A stretch of DNA of 64,000 nucleotides. Source: an uncultured Planctomycetaceae bacterium. Lineage in GTDB: Bacteria; Planctomycetota; Planctomycetia; Planctomycetales; Planctomycetaceae. Within the stretch, counting starts at the first letter, position 1. Every line of letters begins with the position of its first letter. This document shows, piece after piece, positions 18,709-29,336 of this stretch. The position numbers and the translations under genes were made by a program. The DNA lies in contig CAWFGE010000004.1 of the NCBI GenBank assembly GCA_963815195.1, positions 32,001-96,000 on the forward strand, read 5' to 3'. The notes beneath the pieces are model-generated. The model saw only the letters and a list, made by a program, of their open reading frames with translations. It ran no database searches and had not been told where the DNA came from.

Positions 18709-20736
18709 TCAAAAATCTCTCGCCTCCGCGTGGGATTGGATTTCATTGTGTTCGATGCGGTTGTCGTAATTCAGATCGAATTCGCGCATGCCGTAGCGCT
18801 GTTGGGCGAGGGGCAGTTCGGTTTTGACGATCACCCCGTCGCCGTTGGCGTCGAAGCGTTTGAAAAAGCGGTCCACGAAGGCTTGGATTTTTTGCCGGCG
18901 CTCCGGCGTGTCTTTTGGAACCTTCTGGCGGTTGTGGAAACGCTGGACCTGGGTGCCGCGGGGCACGGCAACTTCGAAGAAGCCGATCGCCATTTCCTCC
19001 CAGGTCTGATCGCCCCAGGTCACGTGCCGCTTTGGATCGGGGTTGAACGGATTGGCGGCGGAGTTGTCGAAGCGGGCGGTGAACCGCAGCTTGGTAATGC
19101 CCTGCAAAGGCAATGGCTCCGCGAGTTCGTAAATGTGCTGCCAGTTGAAATCGTAACGCGGCACATCGAGCAGGATCTCCGTTTGATCCCCTCGCTCGGC
19201 GAACACGCGAAACGACTTGCCGCGGTAGTGCATGTGCGGCGTGATCGCGAGGATTTCCCCCTGGGCAGGCAGCCGGGAGATGCCGGCCGAGACCAGGTAG
19301 TTTGGATGGCCGGGCGGGATTTCAAAATCGTGATTGAGCGCGGTCAGCGTGGAGACTTCGTGCGTGATGTCTTTGTCGTCGCCGAAGATCAGGCCGATCT
19401 TCGTGAGGTCAGTTTGCGGAGTGCCGGTGGGCGTGTAGTGCATCTGGAACACCAGCCGCGAACCCGCGGGAACTCGGCGGGCATAACCGGCCGGCAACAT
19501 CGCCGTCCGCTGCCCGGGAACATAACCCGTGAGCCAACCGACGCCCCGAAACTCGGCCCCGTCAGGCGGCCGAACAAAGACGATGCAATGATGCACCACG
19601 GCGGGGTTCCCCGGAATGACCTGGGCCCCGGTGATCCACTTGTCCTCTTTAAATCCCGGATCGACGACGAAGTATTGATATTCCACGACGCCGTCGGCCG
19701 GGACTTTAAACGGGGTATTATTCATGGCGATGACCTGATCGGGTTTTCGCGGCAGTTGCCAGCCCGCGGCGGTTTGGAACGGTTCGGGCAAGTCCGCCGG
19801 ATCGCCGAAAGGCATCCCACCAGACACCCACTTGCGGAGAGATTCTTTCTCGGCATCGGGCATGTGCCGGGCGTTGGCAAAGTGTCCGTACTTCGGATTG
19901 GCGTGCCAGGGCGGCATGCGGCCGTCGTCGATGACTTCCAGCATCGTCTCGCCCCAGCCTGTGACCTCATCATATTCGGTCAGCGAGAACGGCCCGATCT
20001 CGCCCGCGCGATGGCATTCCACGCAGTGCTCTTGGAGGATGCGGGAAATCTCCCCGCAGTAGGTGAGCTTCGTTGTCGTTTCCGTTTGGCGAATCTTGCC
20101 GATCAAACACCCCGCCGGTGCGGTGCGGGGCACGCTCGGCGCCTTTCCCGCGAGCAATTCCTCCAGGGCGATTTGTAGATCTTGCCGTTCGGGTTTGGTG
20201 CGGGCGATGCCCGGTTCGTATTGGTCGTCAATCCGACCGCGGTAACAGATTTCCTCCGCGGCATCGAGCACCACCACTTCCGGCGTGCGGGTCGCTTCGA
20301 AATAATCGGCCGCTTTGTTGTCGTAATCCTTGACGACCGGAAATGTCAGCCGATGCTCTTTGACATATTCCCGCACGTCGGCCATCGAATCCTGACGATT
20401 GCTGTCGATGCCCACGAACCGCACGCCGTCGGCTTGGAAGCGTTCCGCGAGTTTCTGCAACCGCGGCCCATACAACCGGGCCAAGGGGCACTCCGCCCCC
20501 AAGAAACACAGCACCGTGAACCGCGGCGGCGTTTTCATTGGAATGCGAACGACCTCGCCATCCGTCGCGGTCAGTTCAAACACCGACTTCGTGGAACGCT
20601 GGGAAGCCGACTCCGCCGTCGCCGGACCGTCGGCACCCAAAGGTGGTTCGGCGGCGATCGCCACCGCCATCCCCAAACCCGCGGCCATACCGCCGACGAC
20701 TACGAGGCATCGCGAAGAGAAGTTTGGCTGCATCAT
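18709..20736 (-). CDS. Redoxin + c-type cytochrome + copper monooxygenase (PHM-like) + EF-hand multidomain protein
   Basis: AhpC/TSA-like ECPL...TPEV..YRGRIDDQ; CVECH heme motif; VVHH, MHY, PHMHYRG and EMAIG Cu-ligand-like motifs; DANGDGVI EF-hand. Confidence 0.8.
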   Translation of the reverse strand: MMQPNFSSRCLVVVGGMAAGLGMAVAIAAEPPLGADGPATAESASQRSTKSVFELTATDGEVVRIPMKTPPRFTVLCFLGAECPLARLYGPRLQKLAERFQADGVRFVGIDSNRQDSMADVREYVKEHRLTFPVVKDYDNKAADYFEATRTPEVVVLDAAEEICYRGRIDDQYEPGIARTKPERQDLQIALEELLAGKAPSVPRTAPAGCLIGKIRQTETTTKLTYCGEISRILQEHCVECHRAGEIGPFSLTEYDEVTGWGETMLEVIDDGRMPPWHANPKYGHFANARHMPDAEKESLRKWVSGGMPFGDPADLPEPFQTAAGWQLPRKPDQVIAMNNTPFKVPADGVVEYQYFVVDPGFKEDKWITGAQVIPGNPAVVHHCIVFVRPPDGAEFRGVGWLTGYVPGQRTAMLPAGYARRVPAGSRLVFQMHYTPTGTPQTDLTKIGLIFGDDKDITHEVSTLTALNHDFEIPPGHPNYLVSAGISRLPAQGEILAITPHMHYRGKSFRVFAERGDQTEILLDVPRYDFNWQHIYELAEPLPLQGITKLRFTARFDNSAANPFNPDPKRHVTWGDQTWEEMAIGFFEVAVPRGTQVQRFHNRQKVPKDTPERRQKIQAFVDRFFKRFDANGDGVIVKTELPLAQQRYGMREFDLNYDNRIEHNEIQSHAEARDF

Positions 20737-20843
20737 TTGTTTCCAAAAAATGTTCCACGGATCGATCCGCGGAGTTCACTATATGTGAGGACCGGGAAAA
20801 CCGACAAGGGCCTCGTGTGATCGGGGGTGCTCGTCAAGGTGGA

Positions 20844-22138
20844 TCAGGGAATATTCAGAACAACCCGCGCGGAAAATAGCATCGACCGGTCGCCGCGGCG
20901 CCGGGCGTGCTCCAAAAGAACTGGCAGCGAGCGGCGAACCGGCTTCTGCCAGAGGACCCGGCCGTTGACGGTGATGCGGACCGGTGCGTCAAGGTTTAAC
21001 ATTTTATCGCTGAGGTAAATCGCCAACTGCTTGACACCCCGCGTGCGCGCGGCCACGGAGTTGGTTTGCGAATCGTATTCCGCCTGGACGATCGCATCGC
21101 TGAGATACTCCTTCCGCGCGCCGGCGACCTTGCCTTCGAAATCCAGCGTCTTGACGGTGGCTGGCGGCGTGCCGGCGAACTTCGCGATCTCCACCCACCA
21201 CAGGCGGTTGTAATCCGGCCGGTTCGTATGAAACACGACCTGTTTCGGATACGGATCGCGGCGGTGCGCGTCCATCCATTTCAGAATATTCGGGTTCTCA
21301 TCCAGATAGGCCAAATGTCCGCCCGGCTTCTCGCGATAGGTCACATCGTACTTCAACTCCTTGAAACGATCGTATCCGCGGCGCATCAGGTCGATGGAAA
21401 TGCCCGGGTCGGTCTGGCCCACAATCCAGTACAGCGGCGTGTTATTGAGGTTCTCGACGAATCGGGGCTGGAGGTTTGAGCCATCTTTTTTCGCCGGCTG
21501 GCCGGGCGGCGGTTGGAAGATCGGGCCATGCACGCGGCAGATCAACCCAGCGTAGCGGTCCGCGCGAAAACAGCCGATGCGAAACGCGGCATACCCGCCC
21601 ATCGACATGCCACCCATAAAGATGTTGTTATCATCGACGGCGAACTCCCGCGCAGATGCCAAACCAGCGTGTGTACGTGCGAATGTGCGGTTCGCGATCC
21701 GCCCCACGGTTCGCCCGCAATCGTCGGGGCGGCGAGGATCGTGTCGTCTCGCTTCTGTATCCATGGCAGCCAGGCTTGGATGTACTCTTTCCCGTTCCCA
21801 CCGGTCCCATGCAGGGCCACCAACAGCCGATAGCGTTTCTTGGCCGAATAGTTTTTGGGAATGTAGATCAGCGTTTCAAACTCCCGCTCCCCATAGGCGG
21901 TCGTGAGCCTGCGTTCGATGAGCGTGTCGGTTTCCGATTGCGGTTGGGCCAAGGTGCCGGTCCGCAGGGCGTTTTCCACTTCCGCGAAATGAGCCTGGGC
22001 GAGACTCCGCAAGATGGAGTTGCGCTGGCTTGCTTTGTCGGATGAGAGGTACTGATTCACCTCGTCTCTTACGTCGCCATCCGCCGCGGAGACGCTTGCG
22101 GAAATCAGCACCATCCAGGCGATCGCTATCGTGCGCAT
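20844..22138 (-). CDS. Secreted alpha/beta hydrolase (esterase/peptidase), frameshifted near 21655
   Basis: VALHGTGG in the first ORF; GMSMGG nucleophile and GGH in the second ORF; one continuous family architecture. Confidence 0.75.
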
Positions 22139-22154
22139 GATATTCTCTCCGAGA

Positions 22155-22955
22155 TTAGGGCACCGGCGTGAGTTCCAGTTTGCTGATCCGGTAGCGGGTG
22201 TTCCACGTCGCGATTTGCAGAGCGCCCGGCGGGCCGTTGGGCCAGCGGCGGTCGAGGCTCAGCCGATTCGGATCGCCCTGCCAATCGATCGCGACCTGGC
22301 CGTTGACCGTTGCGCGGACGGAATCCGGCCCCACCCTCAGCACGAGCGTATTCGGTCTTCCATTGACGAGAAACGGACCCCGCCGGCGGGATTCGTTGCG
22401 GTCGGCGGTGTTGCCTTCGATCAGGTTCAGCCCGCTGTAGACGCCGTTGTACCCGTCGAGGCAGACCATCACGTCCCGCCCGCCGATGCGTACGCCGAAG
22501 CTGAAGGAATCAATTCCCTGGAGGCGTTCGACGACGGCGGTGATCTGGTAACGCTCCGGCAGTTTGACGGGGACAATCAACTTCGCAGGCATATCGAGCG
22601 ACGAAACGAGGCCGCCGTTCTCGCGCGTCCACAAACCCGACAGCCGATGCCGGGCTGGGTCGATCTTTTGAAGCAAATCCATAGAACCACTGGCCGGGTT
22701 GGTATCCACCGAGTCCAGCCCCAACGGTTCCGCCAGCGGATTTTCCACCGGACCGCTTGCGGGGGACTTGGACAAGATCACCACCAACAGCACAATCGTC
22801 AACACCCCCAAGCCCGCCGGCACGCCGACGGCCGTCGCCGGGCGACTCCGCAATCCGAATGCCAAAAACCCGGCCCCGGCCATAGAAGACACCAAACCGA
22901 ACCAAACCAACCCATCCATCGAAAAAACCCTGCTGCCGACCTGAAAAATCCGCAA
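22155..22955 (-). CDS. Hypothetical membrane-anchored protein with a beta-sandwich-like C-terminus
   Basis: Two N-terminal TM helices followed by a beta-rich domain; start uncertain. Confidence 0.6.
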   Translation of the reverse strand: MRIFQVGSRVFSMDGLVWFGLVSSMAGAGFLAFGLRSRPATAVGVPAGLGVLTIVLLVVILSKSPASGPVENPLAEPLGLDSVDTNPASGSMDLLQKIDPARHRLSGLWTRENGGLVSSLDMPAKLIVPVKLPERYQITAVVERLQGIDSFSFGVRIGGRDVMVCLDGYNGVYSGLNLIEGNTADRNESRRRGPFLVNGRPNTLVLRVGPDSVRATVNGQVAIDWQGDPNRLSLDRRWPNGPPGALQIATWNTRYRISKLELTPVP

Positions 22956-23061
22956 TCCGCGTAACCGATTCTATCAAATTCCCGAATTCCACAAGGGCGG
23001 GTTTCGAAAACCAGAAACATCAATCTCCATTGATGAATCGCGGCGTCTTCGTTAATTTGAA

Positions 23062-24765
23062 ATGAGTGAATCAAGATCGAAAATCCTATCCATTGGGAGC
23101 CGGCACGTGCGACATTGGGTTTTCTTGCGCTGGGGATTGGCGGGGCTGTTGGTGCAGGCGGCGGTGTCTCTTTCCGCCGCGAACGCCGAGGAACCGCTTT
23201 CCGCGCAGATCGACCGGTTGATCGCCGCGAAGTTGGGCGACGTTCCCGCAGGCAAGAAATCGAGCGATGCGGAATTCATGCGGCGGATTTCTCTGGACCT
23301 CATCGGCCGGATTCCCACCGCGGCCGAGACGCGAACGTTCCTCGCGGACACGTCACCGGACAAGCGCGACAAACTCATCGACCAACTGCTCGCCAGTCCC
23401 GAATATCCCCGGCACATGCAGGAGCAGTTTCACGTCCTCTTGATGGAACGCCGGGGCGAGAACGAAGAGTGGACGAAGTTTTTAAGGACTTCGTTCGAGG
23501 AAAACAAATCCTGGACCCAGATGGTGCAGGCGATGCTCGATCCGCCCGCCGACGATGAAAAGTGCCGCGGGGCGGCGTTTTTTTTGACCGCCCGGCTCAC
23601 CAAAGAGGGGGCGATGGCCGAGGTCGATGTGCCCGGCCTGACCCGCGACGTGGGGCGGCTGTTCGCGGGCGTTGACTGGCAATGCGCCCAATGCCATAAC
23701 CATCTCACGATCGACCACTACAAACAAAAGGATTTCCAAGGCCTGCATTTGTTCTTTACGAACATCACGCCGCGAAACGATGTAAAATTCCCCGCCGTCG
23801 GCGAAAAACTGCTCTCCCAGAAGCAGGATTTCATGTCGGTGTTCGATCAGGTGCCCTTGAAAACCGGCCCCGTCGTTCCCGGGCGCGGGGAGTTAAACAT
23901 TCCCACATTCGCGAAGGGCGAGGAATACCTCGAATCGCCCGACCGCAAAAAACGCACGCCGGGCGTGCCCAAGTTCAGCCCGCTCTCCCAACTCGCCGAG
24001 GGCCTGCCCGCCGCCGACAACGAACTCTTCTGCCGGCACTCCGCGAACCTGATGTGGTTCGTGATGATGGGCCACGGCCTTGTCAACCCGTTGGACTTGC
24101 ACCACCCCGACAACCCGCCGTCGCATCCCGAGCTTTTAGAGCTTCTCGCCAAGGAATGGGCCAAGGAGAACTTCGACTTCCAATGGATGTGGCGGACGCT
24201 TGCGCACACGGAAACCTATCAGCGAACGAGCATTCTGCCCGCTGGGCAACCCGCACCGCCTTTGGAGTCGTTCGCGTTGATGCGGGAAAAACATCTGACG
24301 GCGGAATCGCTGTTCTGGAGCGTGCTCGCCGCCACCGGCGAGTTGGACCGCTATCGCAGCCAGGAAAAATACCAAGGCAAAACGGCCGAGGAAATCGTGG
24401 CCGACGTCAAAGACCTCGAAACGCTCCGGGAGCTATTCCACAAAACTTTCGCCAACCCGCCCCAGGAACCCGAATATGAGTTCGCCCCCACGGTGAAGGC
24501 GGCTTTGTTTGTGCTCAACGACAAACGAGTGCTGAGACTCTTCGACCGCAAGGCAGGCAACTTGATCGATCGGCTCGCGAAACTCAGCGATGACGGGCAA
24601 GTCACCGAGGAATTGTTCCTGAGCATTCTGTCCCGAGAACCGACCGCCGCCGACCGCGCGGATGTCGCTCTCTACCTCAAAGAAAACAAAGACCGCCGCG
24701 ATGAAGCCCTCGGCCAGCTCGCCTGGGCACTCGTCGCCTCCACGGAATTTTGCGTGAATCATTAA
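23062..24765 (+). CDS. DUF1549/DUF1553 (PSCyt2/PSD1) protein
   Basis: RRISLDLIGRIPT, CAQCHNH, NPPSHPELL and STEFCVNH motifs. Confidence 0.9.
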   Translation: MSESRSKILSIGSRHVRHWVFLRWGLAGLLVQAAVSLSAANAEEPLSAQIDRLIAAKLGDVPAGKKSSDAEFMRRISLDLIGRIPTAAETRTFLADTSPDKRDKLIDQLLASPEYPRHMQEQFHVLLMERRGENEEWTKFLRTSFEENKSWTQMVQAMLDPPADDEKCRGAAFFLTARLTKEGAMAEVDVPGLTRDVGRLFAGVDWQCAQCHNHLTIDHYKQKDFQGLHLFFTNITPRNDVKFPAVGEKLLSQKQDFMSVFDQVPLKTGPVVPGRGELNIPTFAKGEEYLESPDRKKRTPGVPKFSPLSQLAEGLPAADNELFCRHSANLMWFVMMGHGLVNPLDLHHPDNPPSHPELLELLAKEWAKENFDFQWMWRTLAHTETYQRTSILPAGQPAPPLESFALMREKHLTAESLFWSVLAATGELDRYRSQEKYQGKTAEEIVADVKDLETLRELFHKTFANPPQEPEYEFAPTVKAALFVLNDKRVLRLFDRKAGNLIDRLAKLSDDGQVTEELFLSILSREPTAADRADVALYLKENKDRRDEALGQLAWALVASTEFCVNH

Positions 24766-24768
24766 CTC

Positions 24769-24840
24769 TGAGCGGCACGGCGCTAGCCGCCGGCACATAA
24801 AACCGGCGGCTCGCAACCCAGAGGGTACCCGGCCGCTCAC
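24769..24840. repeat. REP/REPIN element, family B
   Basis: tgagcggcacggcgctagccgccgg ... ccggcggctcgcaacccagagggtacccggccgctca. Confidence 0.8.
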
Positions 24841-24888
24841 AAAATCCAGTTTATGAGACGGTCCATAACGTCGGAGTAAAAGATTGTA

Positions 24889-26178
24889 ATGAAACAACAA
24901 ACTCACCGATGCCAGCCTTGGGAACACCAGATCTCCCGGCGGCGGATGTTGGGCGGACTGGCGGGAACGGCCGCCGGGCTGGGATTGGGGACGTTTCTCC
25001 AACCCGCCGTGGCCGAGCAATTGAAGTCCAAGGAAAAACAGGTGCTGCTGTTGTGGCTCGACGGCGGCATGAGCCAACTCGAATCCTGGGACCCGAAGCC
25101 CAACTCACAGTACGGCGGGCCGTTTCGCTCGATCTCGACTTCGCTGCCTGGCGTCCAAATCAGCGAACTCATGCCGAACGTCGCGAAGCGAATGCACCTC
25201 TTGTCCATCGTGCGCAGCATGCGGACGGAAGACCCGAACCACTCCTCGGGCATCGGCAAGATTCTCCGCGGGCATCCCAAAAACCGCGGCGTGGTGTATC
25301 CCTTTATCGGCTCGGCGGTCGCGAAACTGCTCGGTCCGTGTTCGAGCGGATTGCCGCCTTATATTTGGGTCAAGCCGGGCAGCGGCGGGTTTATCTCCAA
25401 GTACGCCGGCTTTCTGGGGGCGAAATATGGAGCGCTCGCCCTGGGCGACGGCAAACCGCCCGATAACATGCTCCGCCCCGAAGGCTTGAGCGACGCCGAC
25501 GATTTGGCCCGCAACCGCCTGCGGAAGTTGTTCAACGACCGCTACGCCGCCGAGCACCGGAAAGACAGCAGCGAAGCCCACGGCTATGTTTATGACGTGG
25601 CCCACAAGCTGATGGAGCGGACCGACCTGTTCGACGAATCCCGGCTCCCCGACTCCGACCGCGAGCGTTACGGCAAGCACGATCTGGGCCGGCATATGCT
25701 CTTGGGCCGCAGACTTTTGGAAGCGGGCGTGCGGTTTGTGAAAGTCACCTCCTACGGTTGGGACACGCATGGCGACAACTTCAACGCCCACGCCAGCCGC
25801 ATGCCCAAAGTCGATCAATCTCTTTCGGCCCTCTTGGACGATCTGAAGGACCGCGGGATGCTCGATCACGTGTTAATCATCGTGATGGCCGAGTTCGGAC
25901 GGACGCCGCGGATCAACGGTTCCGTCGGCCGCGACCACTGGCCGAACGCCTGGTCGCTGGCGACAGCGGGCACGGGCATCCGGCCGGGCGTGGTCGTCGG
26001 CGAAACCAACGCCCAAGGCACCGACATTGTTACCGAACCCCACGACATCGGAGCCATGTTCCACACCTGGTTCCGCGCCCTGGGCATCAATCCCGAAAAC
26101 ACCCAATACATGAACGGCACGCAGCCGCTGCCGATCGCGCACGATGAGATGAGCGCGGTTTCCGAGTTATTGGCGTGA
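24889..26178 (+). CDS. DUF1501 protein with Tat signal
   Basis: SRRRML Tat motif; GGMSQLESWDPKP, WDTH and EFGRTPRIN..GRDHW. Confidence 0.92.
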   Translation: MKQQTHRCQPWEHQISRRRMLGGLAGTAAGLGLGTFLQPAVAEQLKSKEKQVLLLWLDGGMSQLESWDPKPNSQYGGPFRSISTSLPGVQISELMPNVAKRMHLLSIVRSMRTEDPNHSSGIGKILRGHPKNRGVVYPFIGSAVAKLLGPCSSGLPPYIWVKPGSGGFISKYAGFLGAKYGALALGDGKPPDNMLRPEGLSDADDLARNRLRKLFNDRYAAEHRKDSSEAHGYVYDVAHKLMERTDLFDESRLPDSDRERYGKHDLGRHMLLGRRLLEAGVRFVKVTSYGWDTHGDNFNAHASRMPKVDQSLSALLDDLKDRGMLDHVLIIVMAEFGRTPRINGSVGRDHWPNAWSLATAGTGIRPGVVVGETNAQGTDIVTEPHDIGAMFHTWFRALGINPENTQYMNGTQPLPIAHDEMSAVSELLA

Positions 26179-26314
26179 TCGCGAAGCCTGAGGGAAGGGG
26201 AGATCGGGAGAAGGAAGGATAATTGTCCCGTAAATTAGCCGCAGGGCGTTAGCCCCGGTTCGTCGGATAACTTTTCCAATTATATTCTTAGATCAAGATA
26301 CACTTCGACATTGG

Positions 26315-27394
26315 ATGAAGATCATGGCGAAAGCAAAAGAGAAACCGACCACGGAGCCGCGGGAATTGCGGGCGATCGAATTAGATCGGCAGGTTTACGG
26401 GGTGCGGTTCAGTCCGGATGGCCGGTTCCTGGCGGCGGGGGGTTATGATGCCCTCGTTCACCGCTGGAGTTGGGAAGGCGAGGAGCCGAAGGAGCTTCCC
26501 GCGCTTGCGGGGCACCGCGGATGGGTGACAGCGATCGCGTTCGCTTCCCAGACGAAGTTGCTCTTCACCGCCGACTCTTGGGGCGGCCTCATCGCCTGGC
26601 CTTTTGAGGAAGACAAGCCCCAACCTCGCTGGCAAAAAGAACAAGCCCACGATGGCTGGGTGCGGTCGATCGCCTTGAGCGCGGATGGTTCCAAACTTTT
26701 GACCTGCGGGCGCGACGGGCATCTTCGGTTGTGGTCCGTCGACGACGGCAAATCGATTCTCGAACTCGATCACGGCGAAGATGTGTTCGCCGTCGCCTTA
26801 CATCCCGACGGCAAAACCGCCGTCAGTGGGGATTTGCTCGGCAAGATCAAAGTCTGGGACCTGGAGACGGGAAAATCCACGCGGGAAATCGACGCTTCTT
26901 CGCTGCATTATTACCAGCGGGACGAGGATGTCGCGGGCATCCGCGTGTTGGAGTTTCACGAGGAAGGAAACACGCTCTTAGTCGCAGGCTCCGAACCGAC
27001 GAGCACCGGCCGGGGCTTGGGCATTCCCACCGTGCGTTTCTTCGACTGGAACACCGGCAAGCCTGAGGAGGCGTTCCATCAAGGCGATTCCAACGATGGG
27101 TTCGTGTTCGACCTCGCCCGGCATCCCGAAGGCTTTTTTATGACCGTCACCAGCGGCCAACCGGGACGCGGGCAGTTCGCCTTTCTCCGCCCGGGCGAAG
27201 AAAAACCGTTCTGGGTTTATAAGAAGCTCAGCAACTGCCATTCCCTAGCGCTGCACCCCGGCGGCCGGCACGTCGTCGTCTCCGCCACCAACCGCAACAA
27301 CCAAGGCAACGGGGCAGTCAAAGATAAAGAGGGCAAATATCTGGGGAACTATTCGCCGCTGCACGTCTTCGAGTTGCCGGAGAAGCTCGGCTAA
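26315..27394 (+). CDS. WD40 repeat protein
   Basis: GHRGWVTAIAF, AHDGWVRSIALSADG and IKVWDLETG repeats. Confidence 0.9.
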   Translation: MKIMAKAKEKPTTEPRELRAIELDRQVYGVRFSPDGRFLAAGGYDALVHRWSWEGEEPKELPALAGHRGWVTAIAFASQTKLLFTADSWGGLIAWPFEEDKPQPRWQKEQAHDGWVRSIALSADGSKLLTCGRDGHLRLWSVDDGKSILELDHGEDVFAVALHPDGKTAVSGDLLGKIKVWDLETGKSTREIDASSLHYYQRDEDVAGIRVLEFHEEGNTLLVAGSEPTSTGRGLGIPTVRFFDWNTGKPEEAFHQGDSNDGFVFDLARHPEGFFMTVTSGQPGRGQFAFLRPGEEKPFWVYKKLSNCHSLALHPGGRHVVVSATNRNNQGNGAVKDKEGKYLGNYSPLHVFELPEKLG

Positions 27395-27397
27395 CCC

Positions 27398-27532
27398 AGG
27401 CGAGCGGGGGGCGTCAGCCCCCTGGTTTTGCGCGATTGCTCCCGTTCGCTGACGTTCCGATGAGCCTTGGAATGAGATCTGAAGCCTCGATTCGTTCAAA
27501 GTGACCAGGGGGCTAACGCCCTCCGCTCGCCT
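27398..27532. repeat. REP/REPIN element, family A, between convergent genes
   Basis: aggcgagcggggggcgtcagccccctggt ... accagggggctaacgccctccgctcgcct. Confidence 0.8.
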
Positions 27533-27906
27533 TATTCTTCTTCCTTGCCCGAGGCCGATTCGCTGCGTTTGCGGAGGAAGCGGCCGCCGCTTAAGAACAT
27601 GCCGTTGTCGCAGGGATGGCACCATTCGATGAGCACGCGGTACTCGAACTGGCGGGTTTCGCTGGCCATCCGCACGGTGACTTCGCCGGGCGTTAACGAG
27701 CCGCGGTGCAAGAGCCCGATCCCCAGCCGGCTGATTTCGCGGGTCATCGCGGAGATCGTGTTCCCGCGGCGGGTCGTGATTTCCGCGGGCACGGAGAGTT
27801 CCAACCGCTCGGCCTCGCGAACGTGCTCGCCGGGCGATTTTTCGATGCTTTCCAAGACCCGTTGCAGATCTTCCAACGTGGGACGGCTCCAGGGATCACC
27901 CGACAT
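27532..27906 (-). CDS. PilZ domain protein
   Basis: REAER (RxxxR) and EISRLG (D/E-x-S-x-x-G) motifs. Confidence 0.7.
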   Translation of the reverse strand: MSGDPWSRPTLEDLQRVLESIEKSPGEHVREAERLELSVPAEITTRRGNTISAMTREISRLGIGLLHRGSLTPGEVTVRMASETRQFEYRVLIEWCHPCDNGMFLSGGRFLRKRSESASGKEEE

Positions 27907-28193
27907 AAGATGTTTCTCCAAAGCAGAGGGCGAACCGCGCAAAAATCTGGCGCGGGCAATGATCCAATCGACTTTAGAAAAACATAGCTCACGGTTTCCA
28001 AAAAACGAGGCGATTCCCGTTTTCGAACCGGGATTCCGCCTGGTTCGAGTTGGTTCTATTTTGCCGGATACTCACGCCCGGCGGACTCTCGGGATGAGTG
28101 GGGCTCTGGATATTTTTTCAGCAGAGGAGTATTGTGACACCAATTCCTTTTGATGCCGGTTTGTCTTCGCAGCCGTTGATTCGGAGAAAGCAT

Positions 28194-29330
28194 ATGAGTG
28201 ACCGCAATCAACAGGTTCCCGAAGAAGAGGACGATCTCAAAGGATTTACGACGGGCCGACGGCGGGCGTGCGAACGAGGACGGATCTTTGTGGCGATGCC
28301 GCTGAATGCAAACCATTCAAACGCACTTTGGGAATTGATCCAACATACATGCAGCATCCACCAGTTCTCCATTCATCGAGGGAACACTTCGCACCGTCCG
28401 AGCAGCATCACCGCCGCCATTATCGATGAAATCGAACGGGCGGAAATTGTGATCGCCGACCTCACGGCAAGGAACCCCAATGTGCTTTATGAACTCGGTT
28501 TGGCACACATGCTTTGCGACGCCTTGATCCTGGTGGCGCAACAGGGAGAGAAACTCCCCTTCGACCTGCAGGATTTCCGCTGCATTTTCTTCGACTTGAC
28601 TCAAAACCAGGGGCACATTGAATTCTCGACGGCGCTCGGAAATACTCTGGAATCGATTCGAGCGAATGCGCCGCCGATTGTGATTGACGATCCCATTCGT
28701 CGGACGCGAGAAATCATCGCGGATTTGGAGACATTGCTCCGTGGTTCAAAACGGCTCAAGGAGGAAAAAGTCTGGTACAGCGGGTTTCTCTCTTCGTTTG
28801 CGATCGGTCCGGGAGATGAATTTGACGGAGTGGAGGCCGAATATCAAAAAGCCTTGCTCGAGGAGAAAGAGGCTTTGTTGAAGCTCGCCCAAGAGGGGTG
28901 CCAGATGTATTGCATTATCAGCCCGCCCGCTCATGACCTGATTGTCGAACGCGCCCGGTTCGCGAATGCGAGAATCTCCCATCTGTTGAAATTCCTCGAA
29001 AGCGGCGATTCCGCGCTCGAGAATATTTATTGGGCCACGTCTCCCTTTCGTCAAAAGAACATGCACATTATCGGGAGAATCTCCTACTTCGAGGGATTTA
29101 GCAGGCCGCTTGAGCCGGGTTATGGCCTTACGTTGCGGCAATCCAGTCCGGACGCCATTGCCGCAAACATTTCCTTATACGAAACGTTATTCAAAACCCT
29201 GTCGGATCACACGAAAGCGAACTATCCCAGCGCAAAAGGGCACGATGAAAAAGCCTGGTTGCGGCAGGCAACGGTTCAGGCTCTCCGCCAGGCGTTGACC
29301 GCGTGTGATGAAGAAGAAGTCGGCGGGTAG
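28194..29330 (+). CDS. Nucleoside 2-deoxyribosyltransferase-like domain fused to an unknown C-terminal domain
   Basis: IFVAMP...IADLTARNPNVLYELGLAH...LPFDL motif; GGAG RBS; less GC-rich than neighbours. Confidence 0.75.
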   Translation: MSDRNQQVPEEEDDLKGFTTGRRRACERGRIFVAMPLNANHSNALWELIQHTCSIHQFSIHRGNTSHRPSSITAAIIDEIERAEIVIADLTARNPNVLYELGLAHMLCDALILVAQQGEKLPFDLQDFRCIFFDLTQNQGHIEFSTALGNTLESIRANAPPIVIDDPIRRTREIIADLETLLRGSKRLKEEKVWYSGFLSSFAIGPGDEFDGVEAEYQKALLEEKEALLKLAQEGCQMYCIISPPAHDLIVERARFANARISHLLKFLESGDSALENIYWATSPFRQKNMHIIGRISYFEGFSRPLEPGYGLTLRQSSPDAIAANISLYETLFKTLSDHTKANYPSAKGHDEKAWLRQATVQALRQALTACDEEEVGG

Positions 29331-29336
29331 CCCGGG

